This document shows, in pieces, positions 1-8,521 of a DNA stretch of 51,847 nucleotides; the first letter of the stretch is position 1, and each line of letters begins with the position of its first letter. The notes beneath the pieces were generated by a model. It saw only the letters and a list, made by a program, of their open reading frames with translations, had not been told where the DNA came from and ran no database searches. The stretch is from a virus (lineage: Duplodnaviria; Caudoviricetes). Location: positions 1-51,847 of the IMG/VR virus record IMGVR_UViG_3300024518_002447; one strand, 5' to 3'. Both the position numbers and the translations under genes were made by a program.

Positions 1-291
1 GATGAAAAATATGATAAAGAGATCCGGCTTTTTGCCTGTGATTGTGCTGAACGAGTAGTTCATCTGTGCACGGATAAAAGGTCCGCGAAATCCATTGAAG
101 TATCTCGTAGGTTTGCAAATGGGACCGCGACGGAGGAAGAATTAAAAGCGGCTATGGTTTCGGCCTGGGATGCGGCTATGACTTTGGCTGCGGCTAAGAC
201 TGCGGCTGCGGCTGCGGCTAGGGCTGCGGCTGCGGCTAGGGCTGCGGAGAAACAATTTCAAAGTGATTTGTTCATCGAGTACTTCTGTTGA
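1..291 (+). CDS. Ala-rich phage protein (Imm5-like putative immunity family), C-terminal part, open at window edge
   Basis: Frame 1 reads DEKYDKEIRLFACDCAERVVHLCTDKRSAKSIEVSRRFANGTATEEELKAA...AAAAARAAEKQFQSDLFIEYFC*. The RLFAxDCAERV...RRFANG.AT.EEL.AA pattern is typical of this phage family. Not in the ORF track. Confidence 0.75.
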   Translation, partial: DEKYDKEIRLFACDCAERVVHLCTDKRSAKSIEVSRRFANGTATEEELKAAMVSAWDAAMTLAAAKTAAAAAARAAAAARAAEKQFQSDLFIEYFC

Positions 292-300
292 ATGGGTATG

Positions 301-334
301 TTGTACGCCCCCGGAATTATATAGGGGCGTACAA
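301..334. terminator. Hairpin between convergent operons (probable bidirectional terminator)
   Basis: Perfect 11-bp inverted repeat TTGTACGCCCC/GGGGCGTACAA where the plus and minus operons converge. Confidence 0.65.
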
Positions 335-423
335 TCTATTCCTTGATTTCAAACCGCACTCCTAATTCTAATTACAACTATGGATTGCATGGTACATGAT
401 ATTATCCTCCTTTCTCTTACCGC

Positions 424-831
424 TCAAAACGGCAGGCCATCGTCATCTTCCTCTTGTGATGCCGGTTCCGTGGCAAGTGAAGTGGCAAGTGAAGTGGCGG
501 AAGCATTGGCGCCTTTGATATCAAGAAACTGACAGTTATCCGCTCGTACTTCATACGCGGTCCGTTTTTCACCTTCACGGGTTTCGTATTTCCGCACCTG
601 AAGAGATCCATCTATACCAATCATGCTGCCCTTTTTCATGTATTCGCCAATCAATTCAGCCAGTTTTTTCCAGGCAACGATATTGATGAAATCGGTTTCT
701 TTTTCCCCGCTAGAATTTCTGAATTGCCTTTCGACTGCTATACTGAAATTCGTTACGGCCGTTCCGTTCTGCGTATACTTAACATCGATATCCGCGGTTA
801 TCCTTCCTACTAATACGATGCGGTTTATCAT
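424..831 (-). CDS. ssb: Single-stranded DNA-binding protein
   Basis: MINRIVLVGRIT...NFSIAVER...ETDFINIVAW...G.LQVRKYE with acidic C-terminal tip DDDGLPF. Confidence 0.96.
   Translation of the reverse strand: MINRIVLVGRITADIDVKYTQNGTAVTNFSIAVERQFRNSSGEKETDFINIVAWKKLAELIGEYMKKGSMIGIDGSLQVRKYETREGEKRTAYEVRADNCQFLDIKGANASATSLATSLATEPASQEEDDDGLPF
470..498. repeat. 12-nt tandem repeat in the SSB linker
   Basis: GTGGCAAGTGAA x2.4, encoding ATSLATSLAT. Confidence 0.85.
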
Positions 832-977
832 GATTCTTCTTCCTCCTCCTCCTCACACACATGCTCTTTCATACAGGTAATACAAATAATAGCGTTGCAG
901 TCATGACACATCCGGAAGGACTCACATGTTATGGTTTTTCCACAACGTTCGCACATACGCTTAATCACATGTTTCAT
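828..977 (-). CDS. 49-aa B-box-like zinc-finger protein with poly-Glu tail
   Basis: MKHVIKRMCERCGKTITCESFRMCHDCNAIICITCMKEHVCEEEEEEES; ATGA overlaps with both neighbours; below the ORF-track cutoff. Confidence 0.75.
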   Translation of the reverse strand: MKHVIKRMCERCGKTITCESFRMCHDCNAIICITCMKEHVCEEEEEEES

Positions 978-1234
978 GGCTTCTCCTGACTTATGCATTG
1001 AGACTGAGACAGCAAATTCTCCTCATATGCGTAAACAGATTGATTATTCACTTCTTGCGGCTCAGGAATAAATACCAAAGCCACAGGAGAGGCAGTATCA
1101 CTACTGGCCTCGCATTGATTTGCTGAAGAGGTGATTGATTTCAGTATCCAACCTCCAGGTACTTTCATGCGCCAGGTTTCGTCCGAAGTGATATCATCAA
1201 GGCATTCCCATTCCCACTCTTTTGAATTATCCAT
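974..1234 (-). CDS. Hypothetical phage protein
   Basis: 86-aa ORF in the coupled operon; T.RMKVPGGW motif seen in small phage proteins. Confidence 0.7.
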   Translation of the reverse strand: MDNSKEWEWECLDDITSDETWRMKVPGGWILKSITSSANQCEASSDTASPVALVFIPEPQEVNNQSVYAYEENLLSQSQCISQEKP

Positions 1235-1610
1235 TTACTTCCTCCTCGCTATCCCAAATGATTTTATCTGGTTTAATAATTACCTCTCCGTGTTCATACC
1301 GCCCTTGTTCCTCTTTCATAAGGTAGATATTGGCCTGTTCATTTACACCATACACTTTCCGGTAATATTTTGTTGAAGAAGGCGAATCGCTTGTGTTGTA
1401 AGAACTATATGTATTCTGTAATATTACAATCTCAATGCAGTTGTTGGCCTCATCATGAATAAATTTGACAATTTCCTCTTTTGGCCTCGATCTCTTCCAT
1501 TCAAATTCTGTGTATTCACGATCTTGAGGATTCATGGCAGCACAAAAACACCCAAAGATTATCAATAACCACATTGACGTACAAAATACATTGTTCAATA
1601 GTCTTTTCAT
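1227..1610 (-). CDS. Hypothetical protein with N-terminal membrane anchor
   Basis: Hydrophobic stretch MWLLIIFGCFCAAM; AAGGAG RBS. Confidence 0.65.
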   Translation of the reverse strand: MKRLLNNVFCTSMWLLIIFGCFCAAMNPQDREYTEFEWKRSRPKEEIVKFIHDEANNCIEIVILQNTYSSYNTSDSPSSTKYYRKVYGVNEQANIYLMKEEQGRYEHGEVIIKPDKIIWDSEEEVNG

Positions 1611-1615
1611 GGCAA

Positions 1616-1789
1616 CTACTCCTTATCTTGCTTATTTCTCTTTTTTGCTATTCTAACACGTTCCCTGGCTCTCTTTAGGGAGCATTCGTGACAGTATTTC
1701 TGCCCTGATCTCCGTGCGATTTCAACATTGCACTGTTCGCAATTCGTTATAATAGTGGTCTGGTTTGATCCGTATTTAACTGTCCTCAT
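1616..1789 (-). CDS. 57-aa zinc-finger protein
   Basis: MRTVKYGSNQTTIITNCEQCNVEIARRSGQKYCHECSLKRARERV...; ATG overlaps the MTase TGA. Confidence 0.65.
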   Translation of the reverse strand: MRTVKYGSNQTTIITNCEQCNVEIARRSGQKYCHECSLKRARERVRIAKKRNKQDKE

Positions 1790-2630
1790 TGAAATTCCTC
1801 CGAAAGCAGTCTAAATGCAGTTGCAGCCACGATTGGAATCTGGCAGTTTCCAAGGGATTCGATGCGCTCCACCCGATTGGAACCCCCTGATACCAGCCGC
1901 ACCAGCTCGGGTTCAGTGTCCCACCAGGTAGATCGCTGTATTTCGGCCTCATTGAATCGTTCCCCGCAAACATCACTTGAATGAAGTCCTGATTCGTTCT
2001 CGTAGAGGCCGTCAATACTGGGGTACGTTTCCATCCCTGTTGCCCCCGCAACGCTCCTTTGAGGGTTTGTCCCCTCTTCCCGTCCGGTTCCGTCATTCCC
2101 CTGATTGCATCTCCCGCGGTTAAGGTCGGCATCATGCGTAGTGCCGTCACTAGCCCATCCCCGCTCGTTTTGCTCAATCCCTTCCGGTTGTAATTTCCCG
2201 TCGCCACGAGCGTAGGCATAGATCCAGAGGCGGTTACGGAGGTAAGGCGCTCCAAGCCGGGCAGCGGATAGATTACACCATCGCGCATTGAACCCGCCTT
2301 CGGTAATTTTCCTGAGAATTTCTCCGAAATAGGGAATAGTAAGCAGTCTTGGTGAATTTTCATAAAAGCACCATAAAGGTTTAACCTTGCCAACGGTTTC
2401 AAGGAGGATTGGCCAGAGGTTTCTTTCGTCATTTTCGTCCCGCTTTTTGCCTGCGGCTGAAAACGGCTGACACGGCGAACCTGCCGTAATTCCGTCAACC
2501 AATCCGCGATATCTGCCTGCATATTGATCGGCGAATGATTGGATATCCCGAAAGATTGGGGCTCTGTCCAGAAACCCATCTGAGATTCGCTGTGCAATGA
2601 CTTTTTGGCAGTACTCATTGTTTTCGACAT
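1776..2630 (-). CDS. Nested out-of-frame ORF, probable beta chain of the C5 methyltransferase (true start uncertain)
   Basis: 284 open codons overlapping the MTase. Ends in LNPSWCGWYQGVPIGWS (motif IX-like) after repeated MPTL.A units, as in the M.EcoHK31I alpha/beta arrangement. Confidence 0.7.
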   Translation of the reverse strand: MSKTMSTAKKSLHSESQMGFWTEPQSFGISNHSPINMQADIADWLTELRQVRRVSRFQPQAKSGTKMTKETSGQSSLKPLARLNLYGAFMKIHQDCLLFPISEKFSGKLPKAGSMRDGVIYPLPGLERLTSVTASGSMPTLVATGNYNRKGLSKTSGDGLVTALRMMPTLTAGDAIRGMTEPDGKRGQTLKGALRGQQGWKRTPVLTASTRTNQDFIQVMFAGNDSMRPKYSDLPGGTLNPSWCGWYQGVPIGWSASNPLETARFQSWLQLHLDCFRRNFNEDS

Positions 2631-2715
2631 AACCTACACACTTCAATCCCAATATACGCTGCATGGCTAAAGCGCCACCGCCTATTCCGGTGAATAAGTC
2701 CAGGTACGTTTTCAT
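1786..2715 (-). CDS. DNA cytosine-C5 methyltransferase, large (alpha) chain
   Basis: Motif I DLFTGIGG, IV GSPCQPFS, VI YENSP, VIII GAPYLRNRLWI, X SLGNCQIP; motif IX not evident. Confidence 0.92.
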   Translation of the reverse strand: MKTYLDLFTGIGGGALAMQRILGLKCVGYVENNEYCQKVIAQRISDGFLDRAPIFRDIQSFADQYAGRYRGLVDGITAGSPCQPFSAAGKKRDENDERNLWPILLETVGKVKPLWCFYENSPRLLTIPYFGEILRKITEGGFNARWCNLSAARLGAPYLRNRLWIYAYARGDGKLQPEGIEQNERGWASDGTTHDADLNRGRCNQGNDGTGREEGTNPQRSVAGATGMETYPSIDGLYENESGLHSSDVCGERFNEAEIQRSTWWDTEPELVRLVSGGSNRVERIESLGNCQIPIVAATAFRLLSEEFQ

Positions 2716-2918
2716 TCATCGTTTTTCCGTGTTGTATACTCAACGGTTATATGTATCTTTATAACAAATCCTAATCCGCAAGATTCGCAATTATAATCGT
2801 GTTCTGAATCGTGTATCGTTGGATGCATAAGTACACCAAAGTCTTGCTGCCAATATCCGCATTCAGGGCATATAGGTTGATCGGTTTTATACAAATCCGA
2901 TTCTTTTATTTTAGGCAT
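2712..2918 (-). CDS. Small zinc-ribbon protein
   Basis: Likely start MPKIKES after GAGGAGG; PICPECG...YNCESCG. Confidence 0.7.
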   Translation of the reverse strand: MPKIKESDLYKTDQPICPECGYWQQDFGVLMHPTIHDSEHDYNCESCGLGFVIKIHITVEYTTRKNDE

Positions 2919-3553
2919 GGTTGTTCCTCCTCGTCGCATTCGTGGAACGTGCGACATTCTTTGCAATTCCACACATTGCATTTTTCACAATAATATCCGC
3001 CGTCTTCTGGATATTCTTTATTACATATCCCGCAGTAACATTGGAAGTAAAATCCCTTATGCTCTTCCAGTGCAGAAATAACAAGTCGGGCACTATGCTC
3101 CTTTTGGAGCCAGATTAAATTGTCCTTAATTCGATCTATAAAGGTTTTATTCGCTCGAAACTCACACGCAAACGCGAAGTATCCAGCTTCAGGGCCATCC
3201 TTCGGAGCTGAAATTATCGGCTTACATTCCGGTTCATCGATACATTCTATCGGCTTCCATCCATCAGGATCGTTGCAGTAGAAATTCATGAAATTAAAAG
3301 TAAACAAAGCCCAAGACTTTTCTCCGTCAGGGTCAATAATGCAATATCCTGGGTATGCTTTCCCACTCTTTTTCAGTATGCACCAAGTGCCATCGATTGG
3401 CGCGGTATCCATCGGCTTCCATTCCGGTTCATCCAGTATTTTTTCAGTACGTTCGGATATTCTCCTCGCGCGATCATCATTGATCAAATTTGAATACAGG
3501 TAAGTCTCAATGAAATTAAGTGCAATCTTCAGCAGTTTGCGTTCGGTGTCCAT
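2906..3553 (-). CDS. DUF551-like phage protein with C-terminal B-box-like zinc finger
   Basis: EWKPMDTAPIDGT...PDGWKPI and a second KPIISAPKDG; ends CGIC-x11-CEKC-x4-CKEC-x3-HEC-DEEE. Confidence 0.6.
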   Translation of the reverse strand: MDTERKLLKIALNFIETYLYSNLINDDRARRISERTEKILDEPEWKPMDTAPIDGTWCILKKSGKAYPGYCIIDPDGEKSWALFTFNFMNFYCNDPDGWKPIECIDEPECKPIISAPKDGPEAGYFAFACEFRANKTFIDRIKDNLIWLQKEHSARLVISALEEHKGFYFQCYCGICNKEYPEDGGYYCEKCNVWNCKECRTFHECDEEEQPCLK

Positions 3554-3559
3554 GATTTA

Positions 3560-3991
3560 TCACTCCCTCCAGGATACGCAGCCATCAGTGCTGCAACTGG
3601 CATTTATGTGGTGATTGTGAGCAGCAATGGCGTACCGAACGGTACCATTTTCGCATCTAGGGCATGGAATTGACCCGGCGTAACCTTTGCCTTCAATGAG
3701 TTCGCCTGTATTGATTAGGATTGTTGTATCGATTAGGATTGCTGTCTTAACTATTACAAAGTAATTAGATATCTGATCAATTTCGGCTTCTTCGATTTCA
3801 ATTTCTTCCTGGCTCGGAAATTCGCGCTTATCGCAAGTATCCAGACCGTTCTTACTAAAGCAAGGCAATGCCTGTAATTTAGATTCCCCATCAACGTCAA
3901 ACTGTTCATACATGACGCCCGCCCTGCATGATTCTATTCCCATACCTATCGCTGGCGAGCCGCTATAGTGCCTGCATATATCCTTCCTCAT
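3560..3991 (-). CDS. Cys-rich conserved phage protein
   Basis: Likely start MRKDICRHY; CRAGV...LPCF...CPRC...HINASCSTDGCVSWRE. Confidence 0.7.
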   Translation of the reverse strand: MRKDICRHYSGSPAIGMGIESCRAGVMYEQFDVDGESKLQALPCFSKNGLDTCDKREFPSQEEIEIEEAEIDQISNYFVIVKTAILIDTTILINTGELIEGKGYAGSIPCPRCENGTVRYAIAAHNHHINASCSTDGCVSWRE

Positions 3992-3993
3992 GA

Positions 3994-4362
3994 TTAGTTC
4001 TCCCCTGTTAGTGGATGATAAAAATAATCCCATCTGCCGGTTTCCGGATTTCTCCGAACGACATTATCCGTGTCTGTTTTATGGTCTGGTTTTTTGAATC
4101 CATCTGAGCAATAAGTAACAAACTTCAGCGCTGTTTCCTTGGCCAATATTTCCTCTTTCGATATTTGCTTTGATTTTTCGTGATAAATTGCTCCCATGTC
4201 CCACTCTGCGCATAGAATAATAAATACATTCCGGTAACATGCATAGAAAGATTTGCCCTTGTTCTTGGCCTGCTCGTCAATTTCAGCGCCAGGAATAATT
4301 TTGGGTTTATTCGTTTGCCGTTGGTTTATCGGAACGAATACCGGCGTGGTCAATATGCTCAT
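3994..4362 (-). CDS. Hypothetical protein
   Basis: 122-aa ORF with GAGGA RBS, in operon. Confidence 0.6.
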   Translation of the reverse strand: MSILTTPVFVPINQRQTNKPKIIPGAEIDEQAKNKGKSFYACYRNVFIILCAEWDMGAIYHEKSKQISKEEILAKETALKFVTYCSDGFKKPDHKTDTDNVVRRNPETGRWDYFYHPLTGEN

Positions 4363-4371
4363 GATTCATCC

Positions 4372-4662
4372 TCACAATGTCGCTGCATAATTTTCTTCAC
4401 ATTCACCACCAGCGCAAAACACATTAAATATATCATTGGCCTCATTGCTTTCTAATGAATACCGGTGCATCTTTCCACAGAATAAGCAGGGCAAGTCCAC
4501 GCAATCGTCAGATGGCTCATTGCGGATATCATCTATCAGTTTTGCAATACCGATATCGACACCGTGATATTCGTACAAATGGTCCCGAACTTGCTTCATA
4601 AGTCCTTCCATACTAGCCATTCGTTCTTCCAGTACTTGTATTCTTTCCAATTCAGTTCTCAT
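4372..4662 (-). CDS. Hypothetical protein
   Basis: 96 aa; coiled N-terminus, CLFC motif; ATGA overlap. Confidence 0.6.
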   Translation of the reverse strand: MRTELERIQVLEERMASMEGLMKQVRDHLYEYHGVDIGIAKLIDDIRNEPSDDCVDLPCLFCGKMHRYSLESNEANDIFNVFCAGGECEENYAATL

Positions 4663-4925
4663 TTTATTTCCTTCTCACTTATAAATGTTAGTAAACGTTT
4701 CATGCTGGCTCTTGCTGACAATCGTTCCGGATCTGGATTTATTTTTAAAGATTCCTTTATTAAAGACCTACATCTTAAATCATCTCCATTTAGTTTGCCT
4801 TTCCTATCCCTCATACGTATCTCGTATATTACCAAGGCTTTTTTTAGGCAAATCTTTCGGCGCGCTTCTCTAAACAAAATTTTTGTTACCCAACTTGACA
4901 GCCATTGAATTGTTGTTTTATTCAT
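4659..4925 (-). CDS. Hypothetical basic protein
   Basis: Likely start MNKTTIQW after GGAGG. Confidence 0.55.
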   Translation of the reverse strand: MNKTTIQWLSSWVTKILFREARRKICLKKALVIYEIRMRDRKGKLNGDDLRCRSLIKESLKINPDPERLSARASMKRLLTFISEKEIK

Positions 4926-5700
4926 TTTGGTTTCCTCCGATGGATTTTTCGAACGCAATGCCATGTGATTCCATGTTCAGCATGTTCTCTGCCTGTCGAT
5001 AATCATGTTCTTTGCCAAACCCAAGATTGTACGTTTCGCCCACATCTCTTATTCGGCTCAGGCAATACCCCTCGCCAAATATTGAAATCATTCCTCTCGG
5101 TTCCATGTTGGTTGCCAATACCAATGTTCGCTGCCGGTAGCATAGCCGCACCAGTTCTTCGGCCATTTCCTGTTCATGCCTGTTTTCTTCCTTATACCTG
5201 CCGAATTCGTCCGAAACAACAATTTTCGATTTTTTGATGCCCCGGCATACCTTTGAAATGTAAGGATTGCCCTCTATCCCCATCTCCTTGGCCTTGATCA
5301 TGGCAGACCAATCAACGGATGAAAACACAATGCCCAATCCACGGCATTCGGTTTTCAGGATTTCTAATGCATGTGACTTCCCACAACCGTTCTTTCCGCA
5401 CAGAATCACAATTCTCGGCTTCCCTTTCTCAATATAGCCATGCAGCATTTTGTCTAGCACAATTACCGCTGGGGTACGTACGGCACTCTTAAGCGTTTCA
5501 GGGGTTTCGAATGGGTTGTGGATTTTTGACAATAAGTTCGGGCACATCATCGCCCCCGTGCCCGTTATTACCGTTCCGCTGTTGCAATGGCCGCATTTAC
5601 AGGGATCGTCAGGGTCGGTGCCAGGCAACGTATTGATATCCAGTATGGTACTCAACTTAGATGCCAAATGACCAGGTGTTATGATATGCTCGAAACTCAT
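4918..5700 (-). CDS. DnaC/IstB-like AAA+ ATPase (helicase loader)
   Basis: Walker A GKNGCGKS, Walker B IVVSDEFG, LATN sensor, SRI arginine finger; directly downstream of the initiator. Confidence 0.85.
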   Translation of the reverse strand: MSFEHIITPGHLASKLSTILDINTLPGTDPDDPCKCGHCNSGTVITGTGAMMCPNLLSKIHNPFETPETLKSAVRTPAVIVLDKMLHGYIEKGKPRIVILCGKNGCGKSHALEILKTECRGLGIVFSSVDWSAMIKAKEMGIEGNPYISKVCRGIKKSKIVVSDEFGRYKEENRHEQEMAEELVRLCYRQRTLVLATNMEPRGMISIFGEGYCLSRIRDVGETYNLGFGKEHDYRQAENMLNMESHGIAFEKSIGGNQNE

Positions 5701-6494
5701 TTATTTACCTCAAATACATCTTCATAGCCTTCGGATGAAACGCTAAAGCGCTCCTGTTTCTTTGATTGTCGTGGTGAACCACCAGGTTTAAGATTATCAT
5801 TGCATTTGGAATACCATCTGTTAAGAAATTTCAGCATACCGCCAGAAGTTTTCTTCTGATTGGATTTCACCCATGCAAGAGCCTTCCGGGTTTCTGCCAA
5901 AATATCGATATCCGGATACAGAGGAGCATACTCCTGCCGGTGCTGTTCGGTGAATTCAAATGTTTTAATTTTTCCGTTGCAGGGGAATTCAAATAACACA
6001 GGACTTTCAAACAAAACAGGACTGTCGGCTTTGCCGTTTTCTTGAAACGGCGGGGCTAGCTGTTTATCTGTATCTGTATCTCTTTCTCTTTCTACTTCTA
6101 CTTCTACCGCTACTTTACCGTTATCATCCTCGTTATCATTACCGTTATCATTACCGTTATCATTTGCATGTTTTTTTCTACACTTTTTTACTCTTACATA
6201 CGATTTTGTATATTGATAATCATTCCAGCGTAGAATGCATAAGTCAAGTAATTCATTGGATATACAATAGTCTACCAATCCTGTAGACTTTAATTCATTC
6301 AAGGATAGTTTCAGTTTGGCTTTTGTTGTTCTTAACCGCCAAGTGATTGAAGAAAAATCGCAGTTTATTTTACCGTCTTTGTTGTTTTCAGAACAATATG
6401 CCATCAAAAAAATATAAATTCTGAACGAAAAGTGTGATAATTTCGAAATTTTTTCGCTATCCATGATGCTGGAATGCAATTTAAACCATTTCAT
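5697..6494 (-). CDS. Phage replication initiator (replisome organizer type)
   Basis: MKWFKLHSSIMDSEKI N-terminus, low-complexity central linker, C-terminal YPDIDI...KALAW...KFLNRW domain. Confidence 0.85.
   Translation of the reverse strand: MKWFKLHSSIMDSEKISKLSHFSFRIYIFLMAYCSENNKDGKINCDFSSITWRLRTTKAKLKLSLNELKSTGLVDYCISNELLDLCILRWNDYQYTKSYVRVKKCRKKHANDNGNDNGNDNEDDNGKVAVEVEVERERDTDTDKQLAPPFQENGKADSPVLFESPVLFEFPCNGKIKTFEFTEQHRQEYAPLYPDIDILAETRKALAWVKSNQKKTSGGMLKFLNRWYSKCNDNLKPGGSPRQSKKQERFSVSSEGYEDVFEVNK
5988..6165. repeat. Iteron-like repeats inside the initiator gene (putative origin)
   Basis: About four copies of CCGTTATCATTA-like 12-mers (6115-6165), 6-nt TCTGTA/TCTCTT/TCTACT runs, and an 18-nt imperfect duplication (SPVLFE x2); lambda O-like arrangement. 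Confidence 0.6.
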
Positions 6495-6555
6495 CTTTGC
6501 GTCCCTTTACTTATTCCATAGAAATTATTTACTTCTTGTCCATGCTCTTTCAGTA

Positions 6556-6873
6556 CTATACAGCGGGGTTGTTTTCGATACTAGGGGAGTCATGTACGAT
6601 GGATGGATATAAAGCCTGGATCGTCCGTATCCTGCCATCAAATCCAAGGTTCTCCACGAGTCCCATTTTCCGCATATTCCGTAAATGTACTTTTAGTGCT
6701 CCCTCACATCTGCCGACGATTTCAGCAAGTTCACGATTACTTTTCTTGCAACCATGACCTTTATCGAAATGATTTATCGCCCCCCAAATCATTACTTCTA
6801 TCGGTGAGATTTCAGTGTATTTCCAGATTTCAGCCGGTATCCAGATTCCCTTAAAGTCGCGCTTTTCATTCAT
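6556..6873 (-). CDS. Winged-helix protein resembling the N-terminal domain of a second initiator family
   Basis: MNEKRDFKGIWIPAEIW...GCKKSNRELAEIVG...GFDGRIR; ATG overlaps the upstream TGA. Confidence 0.75.
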   Translation of the reverse strand: MNEKRDFKGIWIPAEIWKYTEISPIEVMIWGAINHFDKGHGCKKSNRELAEIVGRCEGALKVHLRNMRKMGLVENLGFDGRIRTIQALYPSIVHDSPSIENNPAV

Positions 6874-7139
6874 GTTATTGTCTCCTTGAATTCGTCCCTG
6901 TAGTACACATCTGCTTTTTTCAGCAGCGACCGGATGTACTGATGCCACCAGGAAACATCTCCACCACCGTAATCATTTAGCGACATTGCATCAAACGGTG
7001 GTATCTCTTCCACGAAGCTGTTATTATCACTCGCGCGAATATGGCGAATCGCATCCCAGTCCAGAGATTTTATTGCGGTTTCCATCCTTGCTGCTAGATG
7101 TATTTTCATCAATTGTTCTTCCATATCATTTATCTCCAA
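6870..7139 (-). CDS. Hypothetical protein
   Basis: ORF in the coupled operon; DYGGGDVSWWHQYIR motif. Confidence 0.6.
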   Translation of the reverse strand: MEINDMEEQLMKIHLAARMETAIKSLDWDAIRHIRASDNNSFVEEIPPFDAMSLNDYGGGDVSWWHQYIRSLLKKADVYYRDEFKETIT

Positions 7140-7347
7140 TTATTTCGTGTTTATTGTGAAAATCTCCAGCATCCCATGAATGCATAATCCCGCACTTCAT
7201 GCAATGCTTTGGTATTCGTCGTCTGCCAAGTGCCCACCGTGCCCAATAGGGAACTACCCAATGGTGCTTACAAAACCATGACCAAATCACTTTATTTACC
7301 GTTGTTTCCTCCCATAAATATTCCCATGGCTTCCTGTTTTCATACAT
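7126..7347 (-). CDS. Hypothetical Trp-rich protein
   Basis: 73 aa; FCKHHW...CMKCG. Confidence 0.55.
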   Translation of the reverse strand: MYENRKPWEYLWEETTVNKVIWSWFCKHHWVVPYWARWALGRRRIPKHCMKCGIMHSWDAGDFHNKHEIIGDK

Positions 7348-7459
7348 TAGATATCTTCCTGACTAATCGCTATTTTCCCATATCAGAATGGCCTCGCAGC
7401 CGCCGAAATTCGCTACGGGGCTTTGTCTGAAACATTTACATCAAACGTAATCCTGTATT

Positions 7460-8293
7460 TCATTTCGGCCACTCCCTTATCTGGAGATCCTCCGGCCATA
7501 GATCGAATGGAATCTTACGGCCATTTTTACACAGTTGCTTCACGAATACCGGCACATCGACATCACGGCATTGATTAACAATCGACCGTACCCAGTCCAG
7601 TTCCATAGGCCTGGCATTCGGGCCTGACTCCGCACCTACGATTACCCAATCTATAGCATCATAATCAAAGCAATCTACCAATTCATGGCAAATATCTTCA
7701 ACTGGCTCAAGCAGCGGTTCTAAAGACAGAAACCGAACCGCTGCCGGTGTTTGAAAAAGGTGTTCGATCCGGTCGTAATGATCCGGCGATTCGACAGATA
7801 CGCCCAGCCAGACATTATCCGGCATACCGCACACCGGGAAATCCATCGAAATATCATCTTTAAAGACATCCATGTATAATTTATGTGCTTGCCCCTCAAT
7901 GTACGGAAATATGTTTCCCCATTGAAATAGTTCTTTCATTCGCTTCGGACGCTTTGTCAAAACTTGAAATGTATGCCATTCACACAAAGCCATTACAGCG
8001 AATACTTTTTCGATAAAAGAGTCATACACATCCTCATGGAATAGATCGCTCATGGAGTTCACGAAAATGCGTTGCGGTTTCTTCCAGCGGAGCGGCGCTT
8101 CCAACATATGCTCGTGCATAGTCAAGTCGAATCCGTTGCGGTAATTCGGCTGTCCCATCGCCTTCAATCGCTTTGCCATCCGCTCCGCATAGCAATTCTT
8201 GCAGCCGGGGCTGATCTTAGTACAGCCTGTTGAAATATTCCATGTTTTTCCTAGTGTTCCATCTTCATTCTTAACCCATTCTATTTTGGTCAT
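7460..8293 (-). CDS. Phage Gp37/Gp68 (DUF5131) family protein
   Basis: TWN..TGCTKISPGCKNCYAE, IFVNSMSDLFHE, HTFQVLTKRP, RFLSLEPLL, WVIVGAESG. Confidence 0.95.
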   Translation of the reverse strand: MTKIEWVKNEDGTLGKTWNISTGCTKISPGCKNCYAERMAKRLKAMGQPNYRNGFDLTMHEHMLEAPLRWKKPQRIFVNSMSDLFHEDVYDSFIEKVFAVMALCEWHTFQVLTKRPKRMKELFQWGNIFPYIEGQAHKLYMDVFKDDISMDFPVCGMPDNVWLGVSVESPDHYDRIEHLFQTPAAVRFLSLEPLLEPVEDICHELVDCFDYDAIDWVIVGAESGPNARPMELDWVRSIVNQCRDVDVPVFVKQLCKNGRKIPFDLWPEDLQIREWPK

Positions 8294-8521
8294 TGCGATG
8301 CTCCTTAGAGATAACCCGATAACATCTATTGCGACTCATAGCATAGTAGAAATCTTGGATCGTTTCCTGCATTTTCCCGCACCCGCCCCCATTCACAATT
8401 CTTGCATTTACGATCAGTCATCAGATTATTCCTCCTCTTCAATTGGTGTTTCATATTCCATATACGGATCATCATAGTCATGCCAGGTAGAGGGCTGTTT
8501 ATTCAACCATAAGGCGGGTTC

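Noticed and set aside
340-415. Strong RBS (AAGGAGG) before a 9-codon ORF MYHAIHSCN downstream of ssb
   Set aside because: Too short to support as a gene; may be a remnant of a deleted gene.
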